A stretch of 32,000 nt of DNA from Pegethrix bostrychoides GSE-TBD4-15B (GCA_019359155.1 JAHHHV010000073.1:89982-121981); one strand, 5' to 3'; positions 8,722 through 17,941 are shown, counted from the first letter of the stretch. Program-made: numbers and translations. Notes: generated by a model not told the origin, from the letters alone.

Positions 8722-9039
8722 ATGCCGCTACTGCCCAAAAAGTTACTAGATCAAGTGCGCGATGCCATTCGCCTCAAGCACTACGCCTACCGCACTGAAG
8801 AAACCTACGTTCAGTGGATTCGCCGTTACATCCTGTTCCATGACAAACGCCATCCTATTGAGATGGGCAAAGCGGAAATCGAAGCCTTCCTCACTCATCT
8901 AGCCGTAGCAGGACAAGTGGCAGCTTCTACTCAAAATCAGGCTCTCAGTGCTTTGCTGTTTCTCTACCGCGAGCCCAATCTCACCAAACGTAAAAATTCT
9001 CCCCTCCCCACTTGTGCAAAGCCCAGTTTCAGCTTATGA
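8722..9039 (+). pseudogene. intI: integron-integrase-type tyrosine recombinase, N-terminal fragment only
   Basis: [77 protein letters not shown] aligns with the N-terminal SAM-like domain of IntI proteins. Similarity stops at about nt 8975 and no catalytic domain follows in any frame. Confidence 0.75.
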
Positions 9040-9076
9040 TTTTCCAACTGATTGCGTGAAGCAGTCAGGACAGGTA

Positions 9077-9233
9077 AAAGCTTAAGGCGTCGCTGACTAG
9101 AAGTGCTTGGAACCACGACTAGCCAGCTAACCCGGCCTCCCGCTCGTCACGGAAGGCAAGGCTGAGTCGATTTTACATCGCGCTCGCTTCGTTTTACACG
9201 CATGTGGTTAGGTGACTCTGCGTCTTAAGCTTT
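9077..9233 (+). promoter_or_regulatory. conserved structured leader upstream of the 66-aa ORF (copy A)
   Basis: Closing stem AAAGCTTAAGGCG (9077-9089) / CGTCTTAAGCTTT (9221-9233). Conserved hairpin GCTGACTAG...CTAGCCAGC (9092-9127). The same architecture, with compensatory changes, occurs at 31140-31293 on the minus strand. Confidence 0.55.
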
Positions 9234-9266
9234 CAAACCCATAACCCAAAATACGAGGAAAATATC

Positions 9267-9467
9267 ATGTCTACAGAGTTCAACGAACGTCTGAGCGATT
9301 CGCTTGGCCATCAGGCGCAGATTTGGATCGTCGGAACCCGCGAACAAGTCAACCACATCATCAGCGAAATGTACGTCAAGCAGATGATTACTGATCGAGG
9401 GCAATTCTCGCTGTTGGTTCCTGCACCCTTTGCTCAGGGCAAATTCATGAGCGTCTTGCTGCGATAG
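9267..9467 (+). CDS. small conserved hypothetical protein (66 aa), repeated family copy A
   Basis: GAGGA lies 7 nt before the ATG. The second copy (30909-31109, minus) differs at 6 nt, of which 5 are synonymous and 1 is F->Y, which indicates purifying selection on the protein. Confidence 0.8.
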   Translation: MSTEFNERLSDSLGHQAQIWIVGTREQVNHIISEMYVKQMITDRGQFSLLVPAPFAQGKFMSVLLR

Positions 9468-9863
9468 CCGAGCCGATTCTCCCGACCCAAAATTGGTGCA
9501 GCCTGATATGGCGAGTTGACAGGCTAAGCGAGGAGAGAGCAGAAGCCGAAATGGGCAGCTGCGAATCATCACCCTAGCCTTCGCCTACCGGGCTGCGCCG
9601 AAAAGACTGTTCCAACGTTTTGGCAAAATGTTTTGGCAAAATCATCCACCTGCTCCAGGCCAGCTCGCCATAGAATTCCTTACAATTCTTTACCCAGACT
9701 TGATACATTAGTACCAGAGAGATTTTGCGGTCTGCCGCATGGCTCTCATACCGGGGATCAACCTACCTGTAGCGTAAGTCAGCGCAGCTTTTGCCAGATC
9801 CCTGTAGATATAGCGGCGATGATCCGCTATTCTAAATCTCAGCCGTTTGGTTTGGGAATCGCC

Positions 9864-12800
9864 ATGTCGTTTGTTGGTCTGCATATTCACAGTGACTATA
9901 GCCTGCTAGACGGAGCCAGCCAGCTCCCCCAGCTAATCGATCGCGCTCTAGAGCTGGAGATGCCCGCGATTGCGCTGACAGATCATGGCGTGATGTATGG
10001 GGCAATTGAGCTGCTGAAAGTCTGTAAGGCCAAAGGCATCAAGCCGATCATTGGCAATGAGATGTATGTGATGAACAGCGACATCAGCAAGCAGGAGCGT
10101 CGTCCCAAATACCATCAGATTGTGCTGGCCAAAAACACCCAGGGCTACAAAAATCTGGTCAAGCTTACCACCATTTCGCATTTGCAGGGCGTGCAGGGCA
10201 AGGGGATTTTTTCGCGCCCCTGCATCAACAAAGCGCTGATTGAGCAGTATCACCAGGATTTGATTGTCACCAGCGGCTGTTTGGCAGGCGAAGTGCCCCA
10301 GGCGATTATGCAGGGCAAGCCGGAAATTGCCCGACAGGTGGCGCGCTGGTATCAAGATCTGTTTGGCGAAGATTACTACCTGGAGCTGCAAGACCACGGC
10401 TCCCAGGAAGACCGCATCGTTAACGTGGAGCTAGTGAAAATCGCCCGCGAGCTGGGCCTTGAGCTAATCTGCACCAACGACTCGCACTATATTTCCTGCT
10501 ACGACGTGGAGGCACATGACGCGCTGCTCTGCATCCAGACCGGTAAGCTGATCACCGAAGACAAGCGGCTGCGCTACAGCGGCACTGAATACCTGAAGTC
10601 AGCAGAAGAAATGAGCTGGCTGTTTCGCGATCACCTGGACGACGCAGTGATTGCCGAAGCGATTGCCAATACGCTAAAGGTCGCCGCCAAGATTGGGGAG
10701 TACAAAATTCTGGGCGAGCCGCGCATCCCCAACTACCCCGTGCCAGCAGGTCATTCGCTCTCAGACTACCTAGAAGAGATGACGCGGCAGGGGCTGATGG
10801 AGCGGTTCAACTGCCAGAGCTTTGATCAAATCACGCCAGAATATCAGGAGCGGCTGGACTACGAGCTGCAAATGATGCACCAAATGGGCTTTGACGCCTA
10901 TTTTCTGGTGGTCTGGGACTACATCAAATTTGCCCGCGACCAGGGGATTCCAGTGGGGCCAGGGCGCGGTTCAGCAGCAGGTTCTTTGGTCGCCTACGCG
11001 CTGCGGATTACCAACATTGACCCGGTGCATCACGGACTGCTGTTTGAGCGGTTCCTTAACCCAGAGCGCAAGTCGATGCCGGATATTGACACCGATTTTT
11101 GCATCGACCGCCGCGAGGAGGTGATTGAATATGTCACCGAAAAGTACGGCACTGAGCGCGTGGCGCAGATTATAACTTACAACCGGATGGCCTCCAAAGC
11201 CGTGCTTAAAGACGTGGCGCGGGTGCTGGATATTCCCTATTCCGAGTCCGACAAAATGGCGAAGCTGATCCCGGTGGTGCGGGGCAAGCCGACGAAGTTA
11301 GCGATGATGATTTCTGAAGATACGCCTGCGCCAGAATTCCGCGACAAATACCTCAACGACCCGAAAGTGCGGCACTGGCTGGATATGGCGCTGCGGATTG
11401 AGGGCACTAACAAAAGCGTCGGCATTCATGCGGCGGGCGTGGTGATTTCTTCTGATCCGCTAGACGAAATTGTGCCGCTTCAGCGCAACGCAGACGGCTC
11501 GGTATTCACCCAATATTACATGGAGGATATCGAGGCGCTGGGTCTGCTGAAAATGGACTTTTTGGGCTTAAAAAACCTGACAATGATCCAAAAGGCAGTC
11601 GAGCTCATCAAGCAGACTCAGCAGGTTGATCTCGATCTCGATGAGCTGCCGATGGATGATCTCAAGTCCTATCAGCTTTTAAGTCGGGGCGATTTGGAAG
11701 GCATCTTTCAGCTAGAGTCTTCCGGGATGCGGCAGATTGTCAAAGACTTGCGCCCTTCTGGACTCGAAGATATTTCGTCGGTGCTGGCACTGTATCGACC
11801 AGGGCCGCTAGATGCCGGGTTAATTCCCAAGTTTATCAACCGCAAACATGGACGTGAACAGATCTCTTATGAAGATAAGCTGCTGGAGCCTATCCTAAAC
11901 GAAACGTACGGCATCATGGTCTATCAAGAGCAGATTATGAAAATTGCTCAGGATATGGCCGGATATTCTTTGGGGCAGGCCGACTTACTGCGTCGCGCGA
12001 TGGGCAAGAAGAAGAAGTCGGAAATGGAGAAGCACCAGGAGCTATTTGTGAAGGGCGCTTCTGAGAACAATGTCCCGAAGAAAGTCGCAGAAGATCTATT
12101 TGAGCAAATGGTGATGTTTGCTGAATATTGCTTTAACAAATCGCACTCCACCGCCTACGGATACATTACCTATCAAACCGCTTACCTCAAGGCCAACTAT
12201 CCGGTCGAGTACATGGCGGCGCTGCTGACCTCCAACAGCGGTGACCAAGACAAGGTGCAAAAATATATTGCCACCTGTATGAACATGGGGATTACGGTCG
12301 AGCCGCCCAGCATCAACCGCTCCGGCATCGACTTCACGCCGCTATCTGAGAGCATTCTGTTTGGCCTTTCAGCTGTGCGGAACGTCGGCGGTGGCGCAAT
12401 TGAGAACCTGCTGGCGGCTCGCGCAGATGGCCCCTTCGTCTCGCTGCCCGACCTCTGCGACCGGGTCGATCCGCGCACCGTCAATAAACGCGCCCTAGAA
12501 GCCCTGATCCAATCTGGGGCGCTGGACGAACTCGAACCCAACCGCAACCAGCTGATGCACGACCTCGAACCCGTGCTGGACTGGGCGCAGTCTCGCGCCA
12601 GAGACAAAATCAGCGGTCAGGGCAATCTGTTTGATTTGATGGGCAGCAGCGAAACCAGCATGAGCGCTTTTGACTTGGCACCCAAAGCGCCTGCTGTGCC
12701 CGACTATCCGCCCCAAGAAAAGCTGAAGCTAGAAAAAGATCTGCTCGGCTTTTACATCTCCGATCACCCGCTCAAAACCGTACAGAATGCGGCGCGCATG

Positions 12801-13352
12801 CTAGCCCCAATCAACCTCAGCGAGCTGAGCGAGAAGCCAGATAATATTACCCTGAGCGCGATTGCGATGATTAGCAGCATCAAGCCCATCGTTACCAAGA
12901 AGGGCGACCGCATGGCTGTGGTGCAGATCGAAGACCTGACTGGGCATGCCGAAGCCGTGATCTTCCCCAAATCCTTCGAGCGTATTCAGCAATATATTCA
13001 GGTCGATACTCGCCTGATGCTCTGGGGCAAAGTAGACAGGCGGGATGACCGCAGCCAGTTTGTGATTGAAGATGCGGAGCCAATTGAAGACGTGCGGATG
13101 GTGATGGTAGAGCTCGACAGCCTCACCGCCAGCGACATCCGGCAGCAGCACGGACTCCGCACCATTTTGCTGGAGCATCGCGGCGAAGATGAGAGCGGCA
13201 AGATTCCAGTGATTGCGGTGATCTCCAGCCTGGAGCGGCGGGAAATTGTGCGGCTGGGGGCGCAGTTCCGGGTGCAGAACCACGAAATGACGGTTGGCGC
13301 TCTGCTGAAGGCGGGATTTCAGGCGCGGGTCGAGACACTGCTGGCTGGCTGA
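9864..13352 (+). CDS. dnaE: DNA polymerase III alpha subunit (contiguous, intein-less)
   Basis: PHP domain start [19 protein letters not shown] (ATG 9864; the track's upstream extension is not homologous). Also [21 protein letters not shown] and [16 protein letters not shown]. 1162 aa. Confidence 0.95.
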   Translation: MSFVGLHIHSDYSLLDGASQLPQLIDRALELEMPAIALTDHGVMYGAIELLKVCKAKGIKPIIGNEMYVMNSDISKQERRPKYHQIVLAKNTQGYKNLVKLTTISHLQGVQGKGIFSRPCINKALIEQYHQDLIVTSGCLAGEVPQAIMQGKPEIARQVARWYQDLFGEDYYLELQDHGSQEDRIVNVELVKIARELGLELICTNDSHYISCYDVEAHDALLCIQTGKLITEDKRLRYSGTEYLKSAEEMSWLFRDHLDDAVIAEAIANTLKVAAKIGEYKILGEPRIPNYPVPAGHSLSDYLEEMTRQGLMERFNCQSFDQITPEYQERLDYELQMMHQMGFDAYFLVVWDYIKFARDQGIPVGPGRGSAAGSLVAYALRITNIDPVHHGLLFERFLNPERKSMPDIDTDFCIDRREEVIEYVTEKYGTERVAQIITYNRMASKAVLKDVARVLDIPYSESDKMAKLIPVVRGKPTKLAMMISEDTPAPEFRDKYLNDPKVRHWLDMALRIEGTNKSVGIHAAGVVISSDPLDEIVPLQRNADGSVFTQYYMEDIEALGLLKMDFLGLKNLTMIQKAVELIKQTQQVDLDLDELPMDDLKSYQLLSRGDLEGIFQLESSGMRQIVKDLRPSGLEDISSVLALYRPGPLDAGLIPKFINRKHGREQISYEDKLLEPILNETYGIMVYQEQIMKIAQDMAGYSLGQADLLRRAMGKKKKSEMEKHQELFVKGASENNVPKKVAEDLFEQMVMFAEYCFNKSHSTAYGYITYQTAYLKANYPVEYMAALLTSNSGDQDKVQKYIATCMNMGITVEPPSINRSGIDFTPLSESILFGLSAVRNVGGGAIENLLAARADGPFVSLPDLCDRVDPRTVNKRALEALIQSGALDELEPNRNQLMHDLEPVLDWAQSRARDKISGQGNLFDLMGSSETSMSAFDLAPKAPAVPDYPPQEKLKLEKDLLGFYISDHPLKTVQNAARMLAPINLSELSEKPDNITLSAIAMISSIKPIVTKKGDRMAVVQIEDLTGHAEAVIFPKSFERIQQYIQVDTRLMLWGKVDRRDDRSQFVIEDAEPIEDVRMVMVELDSLTASDIRQQHGLRTILLEHRGEDESGKIPVIAVISSLERREIVRLGAQFRVQNHEMTVGALLKAGFQARVETLLAG

Positions 13353-13395
13353 AGTGCTGGCTGAAGTGCTGGCGGGCTAACATTTCGCCGCTAGC

Positions 13396-14943
13396 CTAAG
13401 CAGGATGAATGACCGACTCATGCAAGACCAGCGTTGTCACCTCCAGGGTTTGGAGATTCACGCAGCGAATGGCGTGATTGTTGCTGTCGGCAACGTAGAG
13501 CCAGTTGCCTGACTGGCTGAGTCCTGTCGGCTCGTTGAAGCAGGCGCTCTGGGCACCTTGGGCACCGTCCCGAAACCCGGCCTGACCGCTGCCAAATCTT
13601 GTGGTGCAGATGCCTGTCTGCGGATCGACCGACTTGATTTTGTGGTTGTAGCTGTCCGCAATCCAGAGCTGATGGGATGGGTCGCAGGCCAGCCCCATGC
13701 AGTGCTGGAGCCGCGCTGCCTCGCCCTGCCCGTCTCGATCCCCAAATCCCGACAGGCTGCCGCTGCCGCAAATGCTGCGCACCTGCGAACTGCCGCTGAG
13801 GCTGACGGCACGAACTGTGCTGCCCTCGCTGTCGGCCACATAGAGCGTTTGGCCATCGAGCGCTAGACCGCTAGGCTGGGCAAAGGCTGGCGCCATATCG
13901 CTGTCGAAATCGCCATCTATGCAGGCTTCTGCCCCGCTGCCGACAAAGGTGCTGAGCCGCTGAGTGAGCAGGTCAAGGCTCCAGATTTGATGCGCGCCAG
14001 CCATCGCAATCAGCAAAAAGTGGCGGAACAGCGCCAGATCCCAGGGCGAATTCAGCGCAATTTCTCGCGCATCGCCGCTGTGCGGATAGATCACCTGGCT
14101 TTGCGTTCCTAATCCCGCGATTGTTTCAACCGTTTGGTGATAGAGATCGATCTTGCGAAGGCAGTGATTGCCCGTATCCGCCACGTAAAGCCACTGCTGC
14201 TCTGCGTCAAAGGCCAGTCCCTGTGGCGCAGAAAACAGCGCTTCTGCTGCGTCACCGTCCCAGAGTCCGGCCTCACCCAAGCCAAAGATCTGCTGAATGC
14301 TGGCTTGCGGGGCCTGATGCTCTGGGTGATGCCCAGTCGCGGCGAGCCGCAGCACCAGAATTCGATGGTGTCCCGTATCGGCAACAAATAGACGGTTGCT
14401 GGCAGGATCGGCCAGCAGCTTGCCGGGAAAGGCCAGCGTTGAATCTACCTCTGCGGGCGCAGTCAGCCTGTGCGGATGCCCGAAAACTAACCTGCCTTGC
14501 GCGGTATGGCTTTGCACCAGCTCGGCAATATGCCGGTCGAGGCGCTGGCGCTGCCCTTCTCCAGTCAGATGCTCGACGATATAGCCATCTGGATCAATCA
14601 GCACAAAGGTCGGCCAAGCCCGCACGGCATATTGCTGCCACAGCTCCAGATGACTGTCGATGACCACCGGATGCTGGATGTCATAGCGCTGCACTGCCTG
14701 CTGTACGGCTGTCTCTGCCTTTTCGTGGTCAAACTTGGCGGAGTGAATTCCAATTACGCTGAGGTGATCTCGATATTTTTGCTCTAGATACCGTAAGTCG
14801 GGCAGCACATGCAGGCAGTTGATGCAGCCATAAGTCCAGAAATCCAGCAGCACGACGCGACCTTTGAGCGCGGCAAGAGACAGGGGCGGGCTATTAATCC
14901 AGGGTAGCGTCGGGGGCAGTTCAGGGGCGTGGATGCGAACCAT
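13396..14943 (-). CDS. thioredoxin-like domain / NHL-repeat protein
   Basis: N-terminal redoxin motif LLDFWTYGCINCLHVLPDL (CxxC) followed by repeated NHL-like blades (LYVADTGNHCLRKI, LYVADSEGSTVR, LWIADSYNHKIK, LYVADSNNHAIR). The likely start is MVRIHAPE at 14943. Confidence 0.85.
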   Translation of the reverse strand: MVRIHAPELPPTLPWINSPPLSLAALKGRVVLLDFWTYGCINCLHVLPDLRYLEQKYRDHLSVIGIHSAKFDHEKAETAVQQAVQRYDIQHPVVIDSHLELWQQYAVRAWPTFVLIDPDGYIVEHLTGEGQRQRLDRHIAELVQSHTAQGRLVFGHPHRLTAPAEVDSTLAFPGKLLADPASNRLFVADTGHHRILVLRLAATGHHPEHQAPQASIQQIFGLGEAGLWDGDAAEALFSAPQGLAFDAEQQWLYVADTGNHCLRKIDLYHQTVETIAGLGTQSQVIYPHSGDAREIALNSPWDLALFRHFLLIAMAGAHQIWSLDLLTQRLSTFVGSGAEACIDGDFDSDMAPAFAQPSGLALDGQTLYVADSEGSTVRAVSLSGSSQVRSICGSGSLSGFGDRDGQGEAARLQHCMGLACDPSHQLWIADSYNHKIKSVDPQTGICTTRFGSGQAGFRDGAQGAQSACFNEPTGLSQSGNWLYVADSNNHAIRCVNLQTLEVTTLVLHESVIHPA

Positions 14944-15046
14944 AGCGGTCAACCAGAGCGGCAAGAAATTTACGAGAGCGGGCTTATAGCAGTTAGGCAG
15001 TCCCTCATTCAATTATGCCTTCATCCCGCCTCGCCACCCCACGCCG

Positions 15047-17308
15047 TTACTCCACGCCCCCTACCGTCAGCATCCGCGCCTCAATCCCCGCCCACAGCTC
15101 TGGCGACAGCCGCACCGCCGCCTCTTTGCAGCGCACCATTAGCTCGTTGGCGTAGAGGTAGTCTGCGAGTAGCTGAGATTCTTCCTCGGAGAACTCAACG
15201 ATTGCTGGATCAAGTTGAAGCGTGTCAAACCAAAGTTTCTGAATTTGCTCAACGAAGGCGCGTCGGACTTTAGGAGGCTGATTGTCATCTGGTGGTGTAA
15301 GAGCTTCAAGCTTGAAAATTACCTGCGTGAAATCAATCGAGTGAAAAATTTTCGCTTGCTCACAAAAGCGAGCACGGTCGAGGTCGCGGTCGCGGTCGAG
15401 GTCGCGAGCGCGGTTGAGGGCACGGTCGAAGGCGAGGTCGCGGTCGAGGGCACGGGCGAGGTCGAGGACGCGGTCGAGAACGCGGTCGAGGTCGAGGGCG
15501 AGGTCGAGGGCGAGGTCGCGGGCGCGGGCGTAGTCGAGGACGAGGTCGAGGTTGCGGGCACGGGCGAGGTCGCGGGCGCGGGCGAGGGCGTAGTCGAGGG
15601 CGAGGTAAACCGCCACCGATCGCTTGGCCGCAGGTTTATAATCTCCTTCTGACCCATTGGTTGCCTGCTCTACCCATTTCAACAAAGGAATAATCCGTTG
15701 AGCTGCTAAAGGATTTTGGAGCAGCGTTCGCACCTGCTTTTCCATCAGCACCAGTAGCTCATCAGCGCCTTTCCGTCCCGGCATTAGTCCGGTGACCAGC
15801 AAAAATACTTCTTTCCAGCGTTGATCTGTCAAATGATTCGTAACCAACTCTTCGATCTGCTGGTTATCAACAATATATTGCGCGGTTAGATATTCTTGAA
15901 ACGTCAGATGCGAAAACGAATAGGCATCTCTGGCACGTTCAACCAAAATTCCCTGCTGAACTTCAATTGCTTCCAAAATCTTTTCGCTGTCGAGATGCTT
16001 GGGCGCATTTAGGTTATTGACCAAAAATTCTCGAATCTTATCGGCGATGCTGCGTTTGTTGAAGAAAAGCTCGTCCTCAACAAAGCTATCAAAGGCAATA
16101 TCAGCCAGTAGTTCGTGCTCTAGCTCAAGGCTCAACTCTTGATAAATCGGGTTGTGCTGAATCCGCTTTTCAGATGCCCATTTTCGCAGCAGCACATCCA
16201 GTGCCTCGCCATACAGCGTCGAGCGATTCTTGGGAAAATCCATCGACTCGTCATAAACCGCACAGAGCAGTGTCAGCAGCAGCGGCGTTTGGGCTAGCTC
16301 TTTGGCCGCAGCATATTCAGGCCGCTTCAACAGCTCCCAGCACTGATCAGCCGTTTGCGTCTCCTCATCTTTGGGTGCACGAAACCAGTTGCGAATAAAC
16401 TGCTCAATCTGCTCATCCTCAAATGCCGCCATCGCCACATCTTTGAAGCGCGGAAACCCGCCCTTGTAGGCCGCAACCCGACAAGAGGCAATAAACCGAT
16501 TTCGGCTGTAGCGATCCACCAAATCCTGAATCTGCGTAATCGCATGATCCAAATGCTCCAGCGGCACTTCATCCAAACCATCCAGCAAAATCAGCAGCTT
16601 GCCTTTTTCCAACGCCGCCAGCGCAAACTCTTCAGATTCCGGGAAGCCGCAAATCTCAAACTCTCTGGCAATCAGCGACTCAACCTTAATCTCCTGCGAA
16701 TTAAACCGCTGTAACGCCAAAAACACCGGAATGCAGGCATGGTCAAACGTGCCCTGCTTCCCCTTCAGTGCCTCCAGCCCCACCTTCCGCAAAAAAGTCG
16801 ATTTGCCAACTCCCGGCCCGCCCAGTACCATCAAATACTGCGTTTGATTGGCGACCATCAGCCCTGACTGCTTGCCATCTTGCCCTCGCCCAAGTCTGCG
16901 CTGCTCCCCCTGCCGGAACAAACTTTGCAGCGACTCAGCCGATTCAAAATAGCGCAGCTCCGAGCGATCCAAAACCTGCACCGCCGTATACAGATCCTCC
17001 AGCCGCATCGGATTATCCATCCGCACACAGGCCACCTTCAGCTCGCCGTGCCGCTTCTCGTAGTTGAGCACATATTGCCGAATTGCCTCTTTCAGCTTTG
17101 GCTTAAGAATATCGTGGTCGAGCTGTTCAGCCAGTTTGCTGCCTTTCGTTTTGACGATTTCTGTTACCAGCGCTGTCAATGCAGAAGTCCCGATCGCGAT
17201 TAGGGGTTCAAAGCCGGTCATAGTTAGAAGCAGCAGGGGGAATATCCCCAGAATAAGTGCGACTTGCCGGATCAGCAACCCAAGCAGTCGGCTCAGTTTC
17301 AGGATCAA
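15047..17308 (-). CDS. NACHT-domain STAND NTPase with C-terminal A/L/D/R repeat tract
   Basis: Walker A LGGPGVGKSTFL and Walker B LLILLDGLDEV, followed by a helical and winged-helix-like region. The start is ambiguous: ATG 17308 gives a hydrophobic N-terminus but overlaps the upstream ORF by 100 nt, and ATG 17221 (MTGFEP) is the alternative. Confidence 0.85.
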   Translation of the reverse strand: MILKLSRLLGLLIRQVALILGIFPLLLLTMTGFEPLIAIGTSALTALVTEIVKTKGSKLAEQLDHDILKPKLKEAIRQYVLNYEKRHGELKVACVRMDNPMRLEDLYTAVQVLDRSELRYFESAESLQSLFRQGEQRRLGRGQDGKQSGLMVANQTQYLMVLGGPGVGKSTFLRKVGLEALKGKQGTFDHACIPVFLALQRFNSQEIKVESLIAREFEICGFPESEEFALAALEKGKLLILLDGLDEVPLEHLDHAITQIQDLVDRYSRNRFIASCRVAAYKGGFPRFKDVAMAAFEDEQIEQFIRNWFRAPKDEETQTADQCWELLKRPEYAAAKELAQTPLLLTLLCAVYDESMDFPKNRSTLYGEALDVLLRKWASEKRIQHNPIYQELSLELEHELLADIAFDSFVEDELFFNKRSIADKIREFLVNNLNAPKHLDSEKILEAIEVQQGILVERARDAYSFSHLTFQEYLTAQYIVDNQQIEELVTNHLTDQRWKEVFLLVTGLMPGRKGADELLVLMEKQVRTLLQNPLAAQRIIPLLKWVEQATNGSEGDYKPAAKRSVAVYLALDYALARARDLARARNLDLVLDYARARDLALDLALDLDRVLDRVLDLARALDRDLAFDRALNRARDLDRDRDLDRARFCEQAKIFHSIDFTQVIFKLEALTPPDDNQPPKVRRAFVEQIQKLWFDTLQLDPAIVEFSEEESQLLADYLYANELMVRCKEAAVRLSPELWAGIEARMLTVGGVE
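15372..15606 (-). repeat. low-complexity coding repeat (GAGGTCGCGG-type) inside the NACHT gene
   Basis: Encodes ALDYALARARDLARARNLDLVLDYARARDLALDLALDLDRVLDRVLDLARALDRDLAFDRALNRARDLDRDRDLDRAR. The tract is open in several frames on both strands, which explains track ORFs 15215-15652 and 15319-15657. Confidence 0.85.
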
Positions 17309-17465
17309 ACATCAACTCAAATCGGCCATTCGGCATCAGTCGCCGCAGGGTGTTCAGATAATTGTCTGCGTCGCCCCGCTTACGAAATCTCGCCACAATC
17401 AGCGTTTGAGCTTTGGGCAGGCAGCGGATCACGCACCACGGATGCAGACGGTTGTAGTAGCTCAC
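17208..17465 (-). CDS. small conserved hypothetical protein upstream of the NACHT gene
   Basis: Track ORF 17208-17501 begins with TTG. A GTG at 17465 preceded by GGAG gives MSYYNRLHPWCVIRCLPKAQTLIVARFRKRGDADNYLNTLRRLMPNGRFELMFD, which looks like a real folded small protein. No family name recalled. Confidence 0.5.
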   Translation of the reverse strand: MSYYNRLHPWCVIRCLPKAQTLIVARFRKRGDADNYLNTLRRLMPNGRFELMFDPETEPTAWVADPASRTYSGDIPPAASNYDRL

Positions 17466-17655
17466 GGCATTTCTCCAAGGATTGATTTTTGAGCACAGCA
17501 ATTTGGCAGTCCGAGCAGACCGCTTTGAGATTCGATGAGACTGCCCACCTAATGCGAAACTTAAAAAAGCAGGTGAAAGATAGCCCGCCTGAAGTGCTTG
17601 TCATTGCAGCTTCTAGAGGAGCTAATCAATTTGCGCTGTCCTTGATTGGACATTT

Positions 17656-17667
17656 ATGTGTACACAT
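17656..17667. promoter_or_regulatory. perfect 12-bp palindrome ATGTGTACACAT, candidate operator
   Basis: Lies 11 nt upstream of the XRE ATG (17679), in the divergent intergenic region shared with the small-ORF/NACHT operon. Confidence 0.4.
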
Positions 17668-17678
17668 AGAAGTGTAGT

Positions 17679-17903
17679 ATGTCTCAAGCGGAAGATCAAC
17701 CAACACTGGCAAAATTAAGGCAGCGAGCTGGATTAACGCAGCGTCAACTTGCCGACGCTTTGAGCATCACAGTCAAAACAGTCAGCGCTTGGGAAAGAGG
17801 CGTAGGCGAACCGCACCTGACAATTGGCGAAACTCAGCGGCTCATGACAATCCTGCAATGCTCATTTGAAGAGTTGGTTGAGGCCACAAAACCGCAGGAA
17901 TAA
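17679..17903 (+). CDS. XRE-family helix-turn-helix transcriptional regulator
   Basis: 74 aa. LRQRAGLTQRQLADALSITVKTVSAWERG is a canonical HTH_3 motif. Confidence 0.85.
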   Translation: MSQAEDQPTLAKLRQRAGLTQRQLADALSITVKTVSAWERGVGEPHLTIGETQRLMTILQCSFEELVEATKPQE

Positions 17904-17941
17904 AGCTCAGCCCTTAAAGCCCTAGCCAGCTCCAAAATCAG

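Noticed and set aside
9126-9213. AGCTAAC ... GTTAGGT cores inside leader copy A that might indicate an attC site
   Set aside because: Beyond the 7-8-nt cores, the arms do not pair, and copy B does not conserve the distal core (GGTTTGGG). The RNA-type architecture explains the conservation better.
9633-9863. 77-codon N-terminal extension of dnaE in the ORF track
   Set aside because: Homology to DnaE starts at [13 protein letters not shown] (ATG 9864). The upstream part is Cys/Ser/Pro-rich and has no counterpart in DnaE.
12197-14787. Numerous antisense or alternative-frame ORFs inside dnaE and the thioredoxin/NHL gene (e.g. 12801-13283, 14121-14663)
   Set aside because: They overlap strongly supported genes, have low-complexity Arg/Ala/Pro-rich translations, and lack ribosome-binding sites.
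15215-15657. Regular short repeats that at first glance resemble a repeat array or CRISPR, and ORFs on both strands
   Set aside because: The period is 6-18 bp with no unique spacers. The tract is in frame within the NACHT gene and encodes the A/L/D/R repeat.
17221-17308. Possible N-terminal transmembrane effector segment of the NACHT protein
   Set aside because: Not asserted as a feature. It exists only if ATG 17308 is the start, which would overlap the upstream ORF by 100 nt. It is left as an open question in the findings.
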